Shown here: in pieces, positions 25,729-40,200 of the stretch | How the letters are laid out: the number at the start of each line of letters is the position of its first letter | How positions within the stretch are numbered: the stretch's first letter is position 1 | DNA from: Gordius albopunctatus | Taxonomy: Eukaryota | NCBI GenBank assembly: GCA_964276515.1 | Contig: OZ193909.1 | Location: 10,168,001 to 10,232,000, forward strand | Reading direction: 5' to 3' | Length of the DNA: 64,000 nucleotides | Notes under the pieces: generated by a model | The model's input: the letters and a program-made list of their open reading frames with translations, nothing else | What the model was told of the DNA's origin: nothing | The model's database searches: none | Position numbers and translations under genes: made by a program

Positions 25729-28700
25729 TTAAGCTGCGAGAACTATCATTTTGAGGAAAGACAACGTTATATTGTTGCGATTATCATCGCGACGATAGTG
25801 CTGAATTTTTGAAACATGCTATATGCGATGATTATTTCAAAGTAATAGTTATCTAATTGTGATAAATTTTTACTTCTTATCATGAAAATCACGTCTGAAA
25901 ATAACAACTTTCATCGGATGAATATGGTTTAATGGAAATAATTTTAAATATTTTGAGAGAAAAATATATTTTTTGTTATTTTGTGTAAAAGAGCTTGAAA
26001 AAATATATAAAAGTAAGCTAATTTGAGATTCCTATTAATCTCGATCGACTCCTTATAAGAAGTTTTAAGCTGCGAGAACTATCATTTTGAGGAAAGACAA
26101 CGTTATATTGTTGCGATTATCATCGCGACGAGAGTGCTGAATTTTTGAAACATGCTATATGCGATGATTATTTCAAAGTAATAGTTATCTAATTGTGATA
26201 AATTTTTACTTCTTATCATGAAAATCACGTCTGAAAATAACAACTTTCATCGGATGAATATGGTTTAATGGAAATAATTTTAAATATTTTTAGCTAAAAA
26301 AATATTTTTTTTGTTATTTTATGTAAAAGAGCTTGAAAAAATATATAAAAGTAAGCTAATTTGAGATTCCTATTAATCTCGATCGACTCCTTATAAGAAG
26401 TTTTAAGCTGCGAGAACTATCATTTTGAGGAAAGACAACGTTATATTGTTGCGATTATCATCGCGACGAGAGTGCTGAATTTTTGAAACATGCTATATGC
26501 GATGATTATTTCAAAGTAATAGTTATCTAATTGTGATAAATTTTTACTTCTTATCATGAAAATCACGTCTGAAAATAACAACTTTCATCGGATGAATATG
26601 GTTTAATGGAAATAATTTTAAATATTTTGAGCTGAAAAATATATTTTTTGTTATTTTGTGTAAAAGAGCTTGAAAAAATATATAAAAGTAAGCTAATTTG
26701 AGATTCCTATTAATCTCGATCGACTCCTTATAAGAAGTTTTAAGCTGCGAGAACTATCATTTTGAGGAAAGACAACGTTATATTGTTGCGATTATCATCG
26801 CGACGATAGTGCTGAATTTTTGAAACATGCTATATGCGATGATTATTTCAAAGTAATAGTTATCTAATTGTGATAAATTTTTACTTCTTATCATGAAAAT
26901 CACGTCTGAAAATAACAACTTTCATCGGATGAATATGGTTTAATGGAAATAATTTTAAATATTTTGAGAGAAAAATATATTTTTTGTTATTTTGTGTAAA
27001 AGAGCTTGAAAAAATATATAAAAGTAAGCTAATTTGAGATTCCTATTAATCTCGATCGACTCCTTATAAGAAGTTTTAAGCTGCGAGAACTATCATTTTG
27101 AGGAAAGACAACGTTATATTGTTGCGATTATCATCGCGACGATAGTGCTGAATTTTTGAAACATGCTATATGCGATGATTATTTCAAAGTAATAGTTATC
27201 TAATTGTGATAAATTTTTACTTCTTATCATGAAAATCACGTCTGAAAATAACAACTTTCATCGGATGAATATGGTTTAATGGAAATAATTTTAAATATTT
27301 TGAGAGAAAAATATATTTTTTGTTATTTTGTGTAAAAGAGCTTGAAAAAATATATAAAAGTAAGCTAATTTGAGATTCCTATTAATCTCGATCGACTCCT
27401 TATAAGAAGTTTTAAGCTGCGAGAACTATCATTTTGAGGAAAGACAACGTTATATTGTTGCGATTATCATCGCGACGATAGTGCTGAATTTTTGAAACAT
27501 GCTATATGCGATGATTATTTCAAAGTAATAGTTATCTAATTGTGATAAATTTTTACTTCTTATCATGAAAATCACGTCTGAAAATAACAACTTTCATCGG
27601 ATGAATATGGTTTAATGGAAATAATTTTAAATATTTTGAGCTGAAAAATATATTTTTTGTTATTTTGTGTAAAAGAGCTTGAAAAAATATATAAAAGTAT
27701 GCTAATTTGAGATTCCTATTAATCTCGATCGACTCCTTATAATAAGTTTTAAGCTGCGAGAACTATTATTTTGAGGAAAGACAACGTTATATTGTTGCGA
27801 TTAGTTTGTTTCATCGCGACGAGAGTGCTGAATTTTTGAAACATGCTATATGCGATGATTATTTCAAAGTAATAGTTATCTAATTGTGATAAATTTTTAC
27901 TTCTTATCATGAAAATCACGTCTGAAAATAACAACTTTCATCGGATGAATATGGTTTAATGGAAATAATTTTAAATATTTTGAGCTGAAAAATATATTTT
28001 TTGTTATTTTGTGTAAAAGAGCTTGAAAAAATATATAAAAGTATGCTAATTTGAGATTCCTATTAATCTCGATCGACTCCTTATAATAAGTTTTAAGCTG
28101 CGAGAACTATCATTTTGAGGAAAGACAACGCTTTATTGTTGCGATTATCATCGCGACGAGAGTGCTGAATTTTTGAAACATGCTATATGCGATGATTATT
28201 TCAAAGTAATAGTTATCTAATTGTGATAAATTTTTACTTCTTATCATGAAAATCACGTCTGAAAATAACAACTTTCATCGGATGAATATGGTTTAATGGA
28301 AATAATTTTAAATATTTTTAGCTAAAAAAATATTTTTTTTGTTATTTTATGTAAAAGAGCTTGAAAAAATATATAAAAGTAAGCTAATTTGAGATTCCTA
28401 TTAATCTCGATCGACTCCTTATAAGAAGTTTTAAGCTGCGAGAACTATCATTTTGAGGAAAGACAACGTTATATTGTTGCGATTATCATCGCGACGAGAG
28501 TGCTGAATTTTTGAAACATGCTATATGCGATGATTATTTCAAAGTAATAGTTATCTAATTGTGATAAATTTTTACTTCTTATCATGAAAATCACGTCTGA
28601 AAATAACAACTTTCATCGGATGAATATGGTTTAATGGAAATAATTTTAAATATTTTGAGCTGAAAAATATATTTTTTGTTATTTTGTGTAAAAGAGCTTG

Positions 28701-31700
28701 AAAAAATATATAAAAGTAAGCTAATTTGAGATTCCTATTAATCTCGATCGACTCCTTATAAGAAGTTTTAAGCTGCGAGAACTATCATTTTGAGGAAAGA
28801 CAACGTTATATTGTTGCGATTATCATCGCGACGATAGTGCTGAATTTTTGAAACATGCTATATGCGATGATTATTTCAAAGTAATAGTTATCTAATTGTG
28901 ATAAATTTTTACTTCTTATCATGAAAATCACGTCTGAAAATAACAACTTTCATCGGATGAATATGGTTTAATGGAAATAATTTTAAATATTTTGAGAGAA
29001 AAATATATTTTTTGTTATTTTGTGTAAAAGAGCTTGAAAAAATATATAAAAGTAAGCTAATTTGAGATTCCTATTAATCTCGATCGACTCCTTATAAGAA
29101 GTTTTAAGCTGCGAGAACTATCATTTTGAGGAAAGACAACGTTATATTGTTGCGATTATCATCGCGACGATAGTGCTGAATTTTTGAAACATGCTATATG
29201 CGATGATTATTTCAAAGTAATAGTTATCTAATTGTGATAAATTTTTACTTCTTATCATGAAAATCACGTCTGAAAATAACAACTTTCATCGGATGAATAT
29301 GGTTTAATGGAAATAATTTTAAATATTTTGAGAGAAAAATATATTTTTTGTTATTTTGTGTAAAAGAGCTTGAAAAAATATATAAAAGTAAGCTAATTTG
29401 AGATTCCTATTAATCTCGATCGACTCCTTATAAGAAGTTTTAAGCTGCGAGAACTATCATTTTGAGGAAAGACAACGTTATATTGTTGCGATTATCATCG
29501 CGACGATAGTGCTGAATTTTTGAAACATGCTATATGCGATGATTATTTCAAAGTAATAGTTATCTAATTGTGATAAATTTTTACTTCTTATCATGAAAAT
29601 CACGTCTGAAAATAACAACTTTCATCGGATGAATATGGTTTAATGGAAATAATTTTAAATATTTTGAGCTGAAAAATATATTTTTTGTTATTTTGTGTAA
29701 AAGAGCTTGAAAAAATATATAAAAGTATGCTAATTTGAGATTCCTATTAATCTCGATCGACTCCTTATAATAAGTTTTAAGCTGCGAGAACTATTATTTT
29801 GAGGAAAGACAACGTTATATTGTTGCGATTAGTTTGTTTCATCGCGACGAGAGTGCTGAATTTTTGAAACATGCTATATGCGATGATTATTTCAAAGTAA
29901 TAGTTATCTAATTGTGATAAATTTTTACTTCTTATCATGAAAATCACGTCTGAAAATAACAACTTTCATCGGATGAATATGGTTTAATGGAAATAATTTT
30001 AAATATTTTGAGCTGAAAAATATATTTTTTGTTATTTTGTGTAAAAGAGCTTGAAAAAATATATAAAAGTATGCTAATTTGAGATTCCTATTAATCTCGA
30101 TCGACTCCTTATAATAAGTTTTAAGCTGCGAGAACTATCATTTTGAGGAAAGACAACGCTTTATTGTTGCGATTATCATCGCGACGAGAGTGCTGAATTT
30201 TTGAAACATGCTATATGCGATGATTATTTCAAAGTAATAGTTATCTAATTGTGATAAATTTTTACTTCTTATCATGAAAATCACGTCTGAAAATAACAAC
30301 TTTCATCGGATGAATATGGTTTAATGGAAATAATTTTAAATATTTTTAGCTAAAAAAATATTTTTTTTGTTATTTTATGTAAAAGAGCTTGAAAAAATAT
30401 ATAAAAGTAAGCTAATTTGAGATTCCTATTAATCTCGATCGACTCCTTATAAGAAGTTTTAAGCTGCGAGAACTATCATTTTGAGGAAAGACAACGTTAT
30501 ATTGTTGCGATTATCATCGCGACGAGAGTGCTGAATTTTTGAAACATGCTATATGCGATGATTATTTCAAAGTAATAGTTATCTAATTGTGATAAATTTT
30601 TACTTCTTATCATGAAAATCACGTCTGAAAATAACAACTTTCATCGGATGAATATGGTTTAATGGAAATAATTTTAAATATTTTGAGCTGAAAAATATAT
30701 TTTTTGTTATTTTGTGTAAAAGAGCTTGAAAAAATATATAAAAGTATGGTAATTTGAGATTCATATTAATCTCAATCGACTCCTTATAATAAGTTTTAAG
30801 CTGCGAGAACTATCATTTTGAGGAAAGACAACGTTATATTGTTGCGATTATCATCGCGACGAGAGTGCTGAATTTTTGAAACATGCTATATGCGATGATT
30901 ATTTCAAAGTAATAGTTATCTAATTGTGATAAATTTTTACTTCTTATCATGAAAATCACGTCTGAAAATAACAACTTTCATCGGATGAATATGGTTTAAT
31001 GGAAACAATTTTAAATATTTTTAGCTAAAAAAATATTTTTTTTCTTATTTTATGTAAAAGAGCTTGAAAAAATATATAAAAGTAAGCTAATTTGAGATTC
31101 CTATTAATCTCGATCGACTCCTTATAAGAAGTTTTAAGCTGCGAGAACTATTATTTTGAGGAAAGACAACGTTATATTGTTGCGATTAGTTTGTTTCATC
31201 GCGACGAGAGTGCTGAATTTTTGAAACATGCTATATGCGATGATTATTTCAAAGTAATAGTTATCTAATTGTGATAAATTTTTACTTCTTATCATGAAAA
31301 TCACGTCTGAAAATAACAACTTTCATCGGATGAATATGGTTTAATGGAAATAATTTTAAATATTTTGAGCTGAAAAATATATTTTTTGTTATTTTATGTA
31401 AAAGAGCTTGAAAAAATATATAAAAGTAAGCTAATTTGAGATTCCTATTAATCTCGATCGACTCCTTATAAGAAGTTTTAAGCTGCGAGAACTATCATTT
31501 TGAGGAAAGACAACGTTATATTGTCGCGATTATCATCGCGACGAGAGTGCCGAATTTTTGAAACATGCTATATGCGATGATTATTTCAAAATAATAGTTA
31601 TCTAATTGTGATAAATTTTTACTTCTTATCATGAAAATCACGTCTGAAAATAACAACTTTCATCGGATGAATATGGTTTAATGGAAACAATTTTAAATAT

Positions 31701-34700
31701 TTTTAGCTAAAAAAATATTTTTTTTGTTATTTTATGTAAAAGAGCTTGAAAAAATATAAAAAAGTAAGCTAATTTGAGATTCCTATTAATCTCGATCGAC
31801 TCCTTATAAGAAGTTTTAAGCTGCGAGAACTATCATTTTGTTGAGAGACAACGTTATATTGTTGCGATTAGTTTGTTTCATCGCGACGAGACTGCTGAAT
31901 TTTTGAAACATGCTATATGCGATGATTATCTCAAAGTAATAGTTATCTAATTGTGATAAATTTTTACTTCTTATCATGGAATACACGTCTGAAAATAACA
32001 ACTTTCATCGGATGAATATGGTTTAATGGAAACAATTTTAAATATTTTTAGCTAAAAAAATATTTTTTTTGTTATTTTATGTAAAAGAGCTTGAAAAAAT
32101 ATATAAAAGTAAGCTAATTTGAGATTCCTATTAATCTCGATCGACTCCTTATAAGAAGTTTTAAGCTGCGAGAACTATCATTTTGAGGAAAGACAACGTT
32201 ATATTGTCGCGATTATCATCGCGACGAGAGTGCTGAATTTTTGAAACATGCTATATGCGATGATTATTTCAAAGTAATAGTTATCTAATTGTGATAAATT
32301 TTTACTTCTTATCATGAAAATCACGTCTGAAAATAACAACTTTCATCGGATGAATATGGTTTAATGGAAATAATTTTAAATATTTTGAGCTGAAAAATAT
32401 ATTTTTTGTTATTTTGTGTAAAAGAGCTTGAAAAAATATATAAAAGTATGCTAATTTGAGATTCATATTAATCTCAATCGACTCCTTATAATAAGTTTTA
32501 AGCTGCGAGAACTATCATTTTGAGGAAAGACAACGCTTTATTGTTGCGATTATCATCGCGACGAGAGTGCTGAATTTTTGAAACATGCTATATGCGATGA
32601 TTATTTCAAAGTAATAGTTATCTAATTGTGATAAATTTTTACTTCTTATCATGAAAATCACGTCTGAAAATAACAACTTTCATCGGATGAATATGGTTTA
32701 ATGGAAATAATTTTAAATATTTTTAGCTAAAAAAATATTTTTTTTGTTATTTTATGTAAAAGAGCTTGAAAAAATATATAAAAGTAAGCTAATTTGAGAT
32801 TCCTATTAATCTCGATCGACTCCTTATAAGAAGTTTTAAGCTGCGAGAACTATCATTTTGAGGAAAGACAACGTTATATTGTTGCGATTATCATCGCGAC
32901 GAGAGTGCTGAATTTTTGAAACATGCTATATGCGATGATTATTTCAAAGTAATAGTTATCTAATTGTGATAAATTTTTACTTCTTATCATGAAAATCACG
33001 TCTGAAAATAACAACTTTCATCGGATGAATATGGTTTAATGGAAACAATTTTAAATATTTTTAGCTAAAAAAATATTTTTTTTCTTATTTTATGTAAAAG
33101 AGCTTGAAAAAATATATAAAAGTAAGCTAATTTGAGATTCCTATTAATCTCGATCGACTCCTTATAAGAAGTTTTAAGCTGCGAGAACTATTATTTTGAG
33201 GAAAGACAACGTTATATTGTTGCGATTAGTTTGTTTCATCGCGACGAGAGTGCTGAATTTTTGAAACATGCTATATGCGATGATTATTTCAAAGTAATAG
33301 TTATCTAATTGTGATAAATTTTTACTTCTTATCATGAAAATCACGTCTGAAAATAACAACTTTCATCGGATGAATATGGTTTAATGGAAATAATTTTAAA
33401 TATTTTGAGCTGAAAAATATATTTTTTGTTATTTTATGTAAAAGAGCTTGAAAAAATATATAAAAGTAAGCTAATTTGAGATTCCTATTAATCTCGATCG
33501 ACTCCTTATAAGAAGTTTTAAGCTGCGAGAACTATCATTTTGAGGAAAGACAACGTTATATTGTCGCGATTATCATCGCGACGAGAGTGCCGAATTTTTG
33601 AAACATGCTATATGCGATGATTATTTCAAAGTAATAGTTATCTAATTGTGATAAATTTTTACTTCTTATCATGAAAATTACGTCTGAAAATAACAACTTT
33701 CATCGGATGAATATGGTTTAATGGAAACAATTTTAAATATTTTTAGCTAAAAAAATATTTTTTTTGTTATTTTATGTAAAAGAGCTTGAAAAAATATATA
33801 AAAGTAAGCTAATTTGAGATGTCTATTAATCTCGATCGACTCCTTATAAGAAGTTTTAAGCTGCGAGAACTATCATTTTGTTGAGAGACAACGTTATATT
33901 GTTGCGATTAGTTTGTTTCATCGCGACGAGACTGCTGAATTTTTGAAACATGCTATATGCGATGATTATCTCAAAGTAATAGTTATCTAATTGTGATAAA
34001 TTTTTACTTCTTATCATGGAATACACGTCTGAAAATAACAACTTTCATCGGATGAATATGGTTTAATGGAAACAATTTTAAATATTTTTAGCTAAAAAAA
34101 TATTTTTTTTGTTATTTTATGTAAAAGAGCTTGAAAAAATATATAAAAGTAAGCTAATTTGAGATTCCTATTAATCTCGATCGACTCCTTATAAGAAGTT
34201 TTAAGCTGCGAGAACTATCATTTTGAGGAAAGACAACGTTATATTGTCGCGATTATCATCGCGACGAGAGTGCTGAATTTTTGAAACATGCTAAATGCGA
34301 TGATTATTTCAAAGTAATAGTTATCTAATTGTGATAAATTTTTACTTCTTATCATGAAAATCACGTCTGAAAATAACAACTTTCATCGGATGAATATGGT
34401 TTAATGGAAATAATTTTAAATATTTTGAGCTGAAAAATATATTTTTTGTTATTTTGTGTAAAAGAGCTTGAAAAAATATATAAAAGTATGCTAATTTGAG
34501 ATTCATATTAATCTCAATCGACTCCTTATAATAAGTTTTAAGCTGCGAGAACTATCATTTTGAGGAAAGACAACGTTATATTGTTGCGATTATCATCGCG
34601 ACGAGAGTGCTGAATTTTTGAAACATGCTATATGCGATGATTATTTCAAAGTAATAGTTATCTAATTGTGATAAATTTTTACTTCTTATCATGAAAATCA

Positions 34701-37249
34701 CGTCTGAAAATAACAACTTTCATCGGATGAATATGGTTTAATGGAAATAATTTTAAATATTTTGAGCTGAAAAATATATTTTTTGTTATTTTGTGTAAAA
34801 GAGCTTGAAAAAATATATAAAAGTATGCTAATTTGAGATTCCTATTAATCTCGATCGACTCCTTATAATAAGTTTTAAGCTGCGAGAACTATCATTTTGA
34901 GGAAAGACAACGCTTTATTGTTGCGATTATCATCGCGACGAGAGTGCTGAATTTTTGAAACATGCTATATGCGATGATTATTTCAAAGTAATAGTTATCT
35001 AATTGTGATAAATTTTTACTTCTTATCATGAAAATCACGTCTGAAAATAACAACTTTCATCGGATGAATATGGTTTAATGGAAATAATTTTAAATATTTT
35101 TAGCTAAAAAAATATTTTTTTTTGTTATTTTATGTAAAAGAGCTTGAAAAAATATATAAAAGTAAGCTAATTTGAGATTCCTATTAATCTCGATCGACTC
35201 CTTATAAGAAGTTTTAAGCTGCGAGAACTATCATTTTGAGGAAAGACAACGTTATATTGTTGCGATTATCATCGCGACGAGAGTGCTGAATTTTTGAAAC
35301 ATGCTATATGCGATGATTATTTCAAAGTAATAGTTATCTAATTGTGATAAATTTTTACTTCTTATCATGAAAATCACGTCTGAAAATAACAACTTTCATC
35401 GGATGAATATGGTTTAATGGAAATAATTTTAAATATTTTGAGCTGAAAAATATATTTTTTGTTATTTTGTGTAAAAGAGCTTGAAAAAATATATAAAAGT
35501 ATGGTAATTTGAGATTCATATTAATCTCAATCGACTCCTTATAATAAGTTTTAAGCTGCGAGAACTATCATTTTGAGGAAAGACAACGTTATATTGTTGC
35601 GATTATCATCGCGACGAGAGTGCTGAATTTTTGAAACATGCTATATGCGATGATTATTTCAAAGTAATAGTTATCTAATTGTGATAAATTTTTACTTCTT
35701 ATCATGAAAATCACGTCTGAAAATAACAACTTTCATCGGATGAATATGGTTTAATGGAAACAATTTTAAATATTTTTAGCTAAAAAAATATTTTTTGTTA
35801 TTTTATGTAAAAGAGCTTGAAAAAATATATAAAAGTAAGCTAATTTGAGATTCCTATTAATCTCGATCGACTCCTTATAAGAAGTTTTAAGCTGCGAGAA
35901 CTATCATTTTGAGGAAAGACAACGTTATATTGTTGCGATTATCATCGCGACGATAGTGCTGAATTTTTGAAACATGCTATATGCGATGATTATTTCAAAG
36001 TAATAGTTATCTAATTGTGATAAATTTTTACTTCTTATCATGAAAATCACGTCTGAAAATAACAACTTTCATCGGATGAATATGGTTTAATGGAAATAAT
36101 TTTAAATATTTTGAGAGAAAAATATATTTTTTGTTATTTTGTGTAAAAGAGCTTGAAAAAATATATAAAAGTAAGCTAATTTGAGATTCCTATTAATCTC
36201 GATCGACTCCTTATAAGAAGTTTTAAGCTGCGAGAACTATCATTTTGAGGAAAGACAACGTTATATTGTTGCGATTATCATCGCGACGATAGTGCTGAAT
36301 TTTTGAAACATGCTATATGCGATGATTATTTCAAAGTAATAGTTATCTAATTGTGATAAATTTTTACTTCTTATCATGAAAATCACGTCTGAAAATAACA
36401 ACTTTCATCGGATGAATATGGTTTAATGGAAATAATTTTAAATATTTTGAGCTGAAAAATATATTTTTTGTTATTTTGTGTAAAAGAGCTTGAAAAAATA
36501 TATAAAAGTATGCTAATTTGAGATTCCTATTAATCTCGATCGACTCCTTATAATAAGTTTTAAGCTGCGAGAACTATCATTTTGAGGAAAGACAACGCTT
36601 TATTGTTGCGATTATCATCGCGACGAGAGTGCTGAATTTTTGAAACATGCTATATGCGATGATTATTTCAAAGTAATAGTTATCTAATTGTGATAAATTT
36701 TTACTTCTTATCATGAAAATCACGTCTGAAAATAACAACTTTCATCGGATGAATATGGTTTAATGGAAATAATTTTAAATATTTTGAGCTGAAAAATATA
36801 TTTTTTGTTATTTTGTGTAAAAGAGCTTGAAAAAATATATAAAAGTATGCTAATTTGAGATTCCTATTAATCTCGATCGACTCCTTATAATAAGTTTTAA
36901 GCTGCGAGAACTATTATTTTGAGGAAAGACAACGTTATATTGTTGCGATTAGTTTGTTTCATCGCGACGAGAGTGCTGAATTTTTGAAACATGCTATATG
37001 CGATGATTATTTCAAAGTAATAGTTATCTAATTGTGATAAATTTTTACTTCTTATCATGAAAATCACGTCTGAAAATAACAACTTTCATCGGATGAATAT
37101 GGTTTAATGGAAATAATTTTAAATATTTTGAGCTGAAAAATATATTTTTTGTTATTTTGTGTAAAAGAGCTTGAAAAAATATATAAAAGTATGCTAATTT
37201 GAGATTCCTATTAATCTCGATCGACTCCTTATAATAAGTTTTAAGCTGC

Positions 37250-40200
37250 GAGAACTATCATTTTGAGGAAAGACAACGCTTTATTGTTGCGATTATCATC
37301 GCGACGAGAGTGCTGAATTTTTGAAACATGCTATATGCGATGATTATTTCAAAGTAATAGTTATCTAATTGTGATAAATTTTTACTTCTTATCATGAAAA
37401 TCACGTCTGAAAATAACAACTTTCATCGGATGAATATGGTTTAATGGAAATAATTTTAAATATTTTTAGCTAAAAAAATATTTTTTTTGTTATTTTATGT
37501 AAAAGAGCTTGAAAAAATATATAAAAGTAAGCTAATTTGAGATTCCTATTAATCTCGATCGACTCCTTATAAGAAGTTTTAAGCTGCGAGAACTATCATT
37601 TTGAGGAAAGACAACGTTATATTGTTGCGATTATCATCGCGACGAGAGTGCTGAATTTTTGAAACATGCTATATGCGATGATTATTTCAAAGTAATAGTT
37701 ATCTAATTGTGATAAATTTTTACTTCTTATCATGAAAATCACGTCTGAAAATAACAACTTTCATCGGATGAATATGGTTTAATGGAAATAATTTTAAATA
37801 TTTTGAGCTGAAAAATATATTTTTTGTTATTTTGTGTAAAAGAGCTTGAAAAAATATATAAAAGTATGGTAATTTGAGATTCATATTAATCTCAATCGAC
37901 TCCTTATAATAAGTTTTAAGCTGCGAGAACTATCATTTTGAGGAAAGACAACGTTATATTGTTGCGATTATCATCGCGACGAGAGTGCTGAATTTTTGAA
38001 ACATGCTATATGCGATGATTATTTCAAAGTAATAGTTATCTAATTGTGATAAATTTTTACTTCTTATCATGAAAATCACGTCTGAAAATAACAACTTTCA
38101 TCGGATGAATATGGTTTAATGGAAACAATTTTAAATATTTTTAGCTAAAAAAATATTTTTTTTCTTATTTTATGTAAAAGAGCTTGAAAAAATATATAAA
38201 AGTAAGCTAATTTGAGATTCCTATTAATCTCGATCGACTCCTTATAAGAAGTTTTAAGCTGCGAGAACTATCATTTTGAGGAAAGACAACGCTTTATTGT
38301 TGCGATTATCATCGCGACGAGAGTGCTGAATTTTTGAAACATGCTATATGCGATGATTATTTCAAAGTAATAGTTATCTAATTGTGATAAATTTTTACTT
38401 CTTATCATGAAAATCACGTCTGAAAATAACAACTTTCATCGGATGAATATGGTTTAATGGAAATAATTTTAAATATTTTTAGCTAAAAAAATATTTTTTT
38501 TGTTATTTTATGTAAAAGAGCTTGAAAAAATATATAAAAGTAAGCTAATTTGAGATTCCTATTAATCTCGATCGACTCCTTATAAGAAGTTTTAAGCTGC
38601 GAGAACTATCATTTTGAGGAAAGACAACGTTATATTGTTGCGATTATCATCGCGACGAGAGTGCTGAATTTTTGAAACATGCTATATGCGATGATTATTT
38701 CAAAGTAATAGTTATCTAATTGTGATAAATTTTTACTTCTTATCATGAAAATCACGTCTGAAAATAACAACTTTCATCGGATGAATATGGTTTAATGGAA
38801 ATAATTTTAAATATTTTGAGCTGAAAAATATATTTTTTGTTATTTTGTGTAAAAGAGCTTGAAAAAATATATAAAAGTATGGTAATTTGAGATTCATATT
38901 AATCTCAATCGACTCCTTATAATAAGTTTTAAGCTGCGAGAACTATCATTTTGAGGAAAGACAACGTTATATTGTTGCGATTATCATCGCGACGAGAGTG
39001 CTGAATTTTTGAAACATGCTATATGCGATGATTATTTCAAAGTAATAGTTATCTAATTGTGATAAATTTTTACTTCTTATCATGAAAATCACGTCTGAAA
39101 ATAACAACTTTCATCGGATGAATATGGTTTAATGGAAACAATTTTAAATATTTTTAGCTAAAAAAATATTTTTTTTCTTATTTTATGTAAAAGAGCTTGA
39201 AAAAATATATAAAAGTAAGCTAATTTGAGATTCCTATTAATCTCGATCGACTCCTTATAAGAAGTTTTAAGCTGCGAGAACTATTATTTTGAGGAAAGAC
39301 AACGTTATATTGTTGCGATTAGTTTGTTTCATCGCGACGAGAGTGCTGAATTTTTGAAACATGCTATATGCGATGATTATTTCAAAGTAATAGTTATCTA
39401 ATTGTGATAAATTTTTACTTCTTATCATGAAAATCACGTCTGAAAATAACAACTTTCATCGGATGAATATGGTTTAATGGAAATAATTTTAAATATTTTG
39501 AGCTGAAAAATATATTTTTTGTTATTTTATGTAAAAGAGCTTGAAAAAATATATAAAAGTAAGCTAATTTGAGATTCCTATTAATCTCGATCGACTCCTT
39601 ATAAGAAGTTTTAAGCTGCGAGAACTATCATTTTGAGGAAAGACAACGTTATATTGTCGCGATTATCATCGCGACGAGAGTGCCGAATTTTTGAAACATG
39701 CTATATGCGATGATTATTTCAAAGTAATAGTTATCTAATTGTGATAAATTTTTACTTCTTATCATGAAAATCACGTCTGAAAATAACAACTTTCATCGGA
39801 TGAATATGGTTTAATGGAAACAATTTTAAATATTTTTAGCTAAAAAAATATTTTTTTTGTTATTTTATGTAAAAGAGCTTGAAAAAATATATAAAAGTAA
39901 GCTAATTTGAGATGTCTATTAATCTCGATCGACTCCTTATAAGAAGTTTTAAGCTGCGAGAACTATCATTTTGTTGAGAGACAACGTTATATTGTTGCGA
40001 TTAGTTTGTTTCATCGCGACGAGACTGCTGAATTTTTGAAACATGCTATATGCGATGATTATCTCAAAGTAATAGTTATCTAATTGTGATAAATTTTTAC
40101 TTCTTATCATGGAATACACGTCTGAAAATAACAACTTTCATCGGATGAATATGGTTTAATGGAAACAATTTTAAATATTTTTAGCTAAAAAAATATTTTT

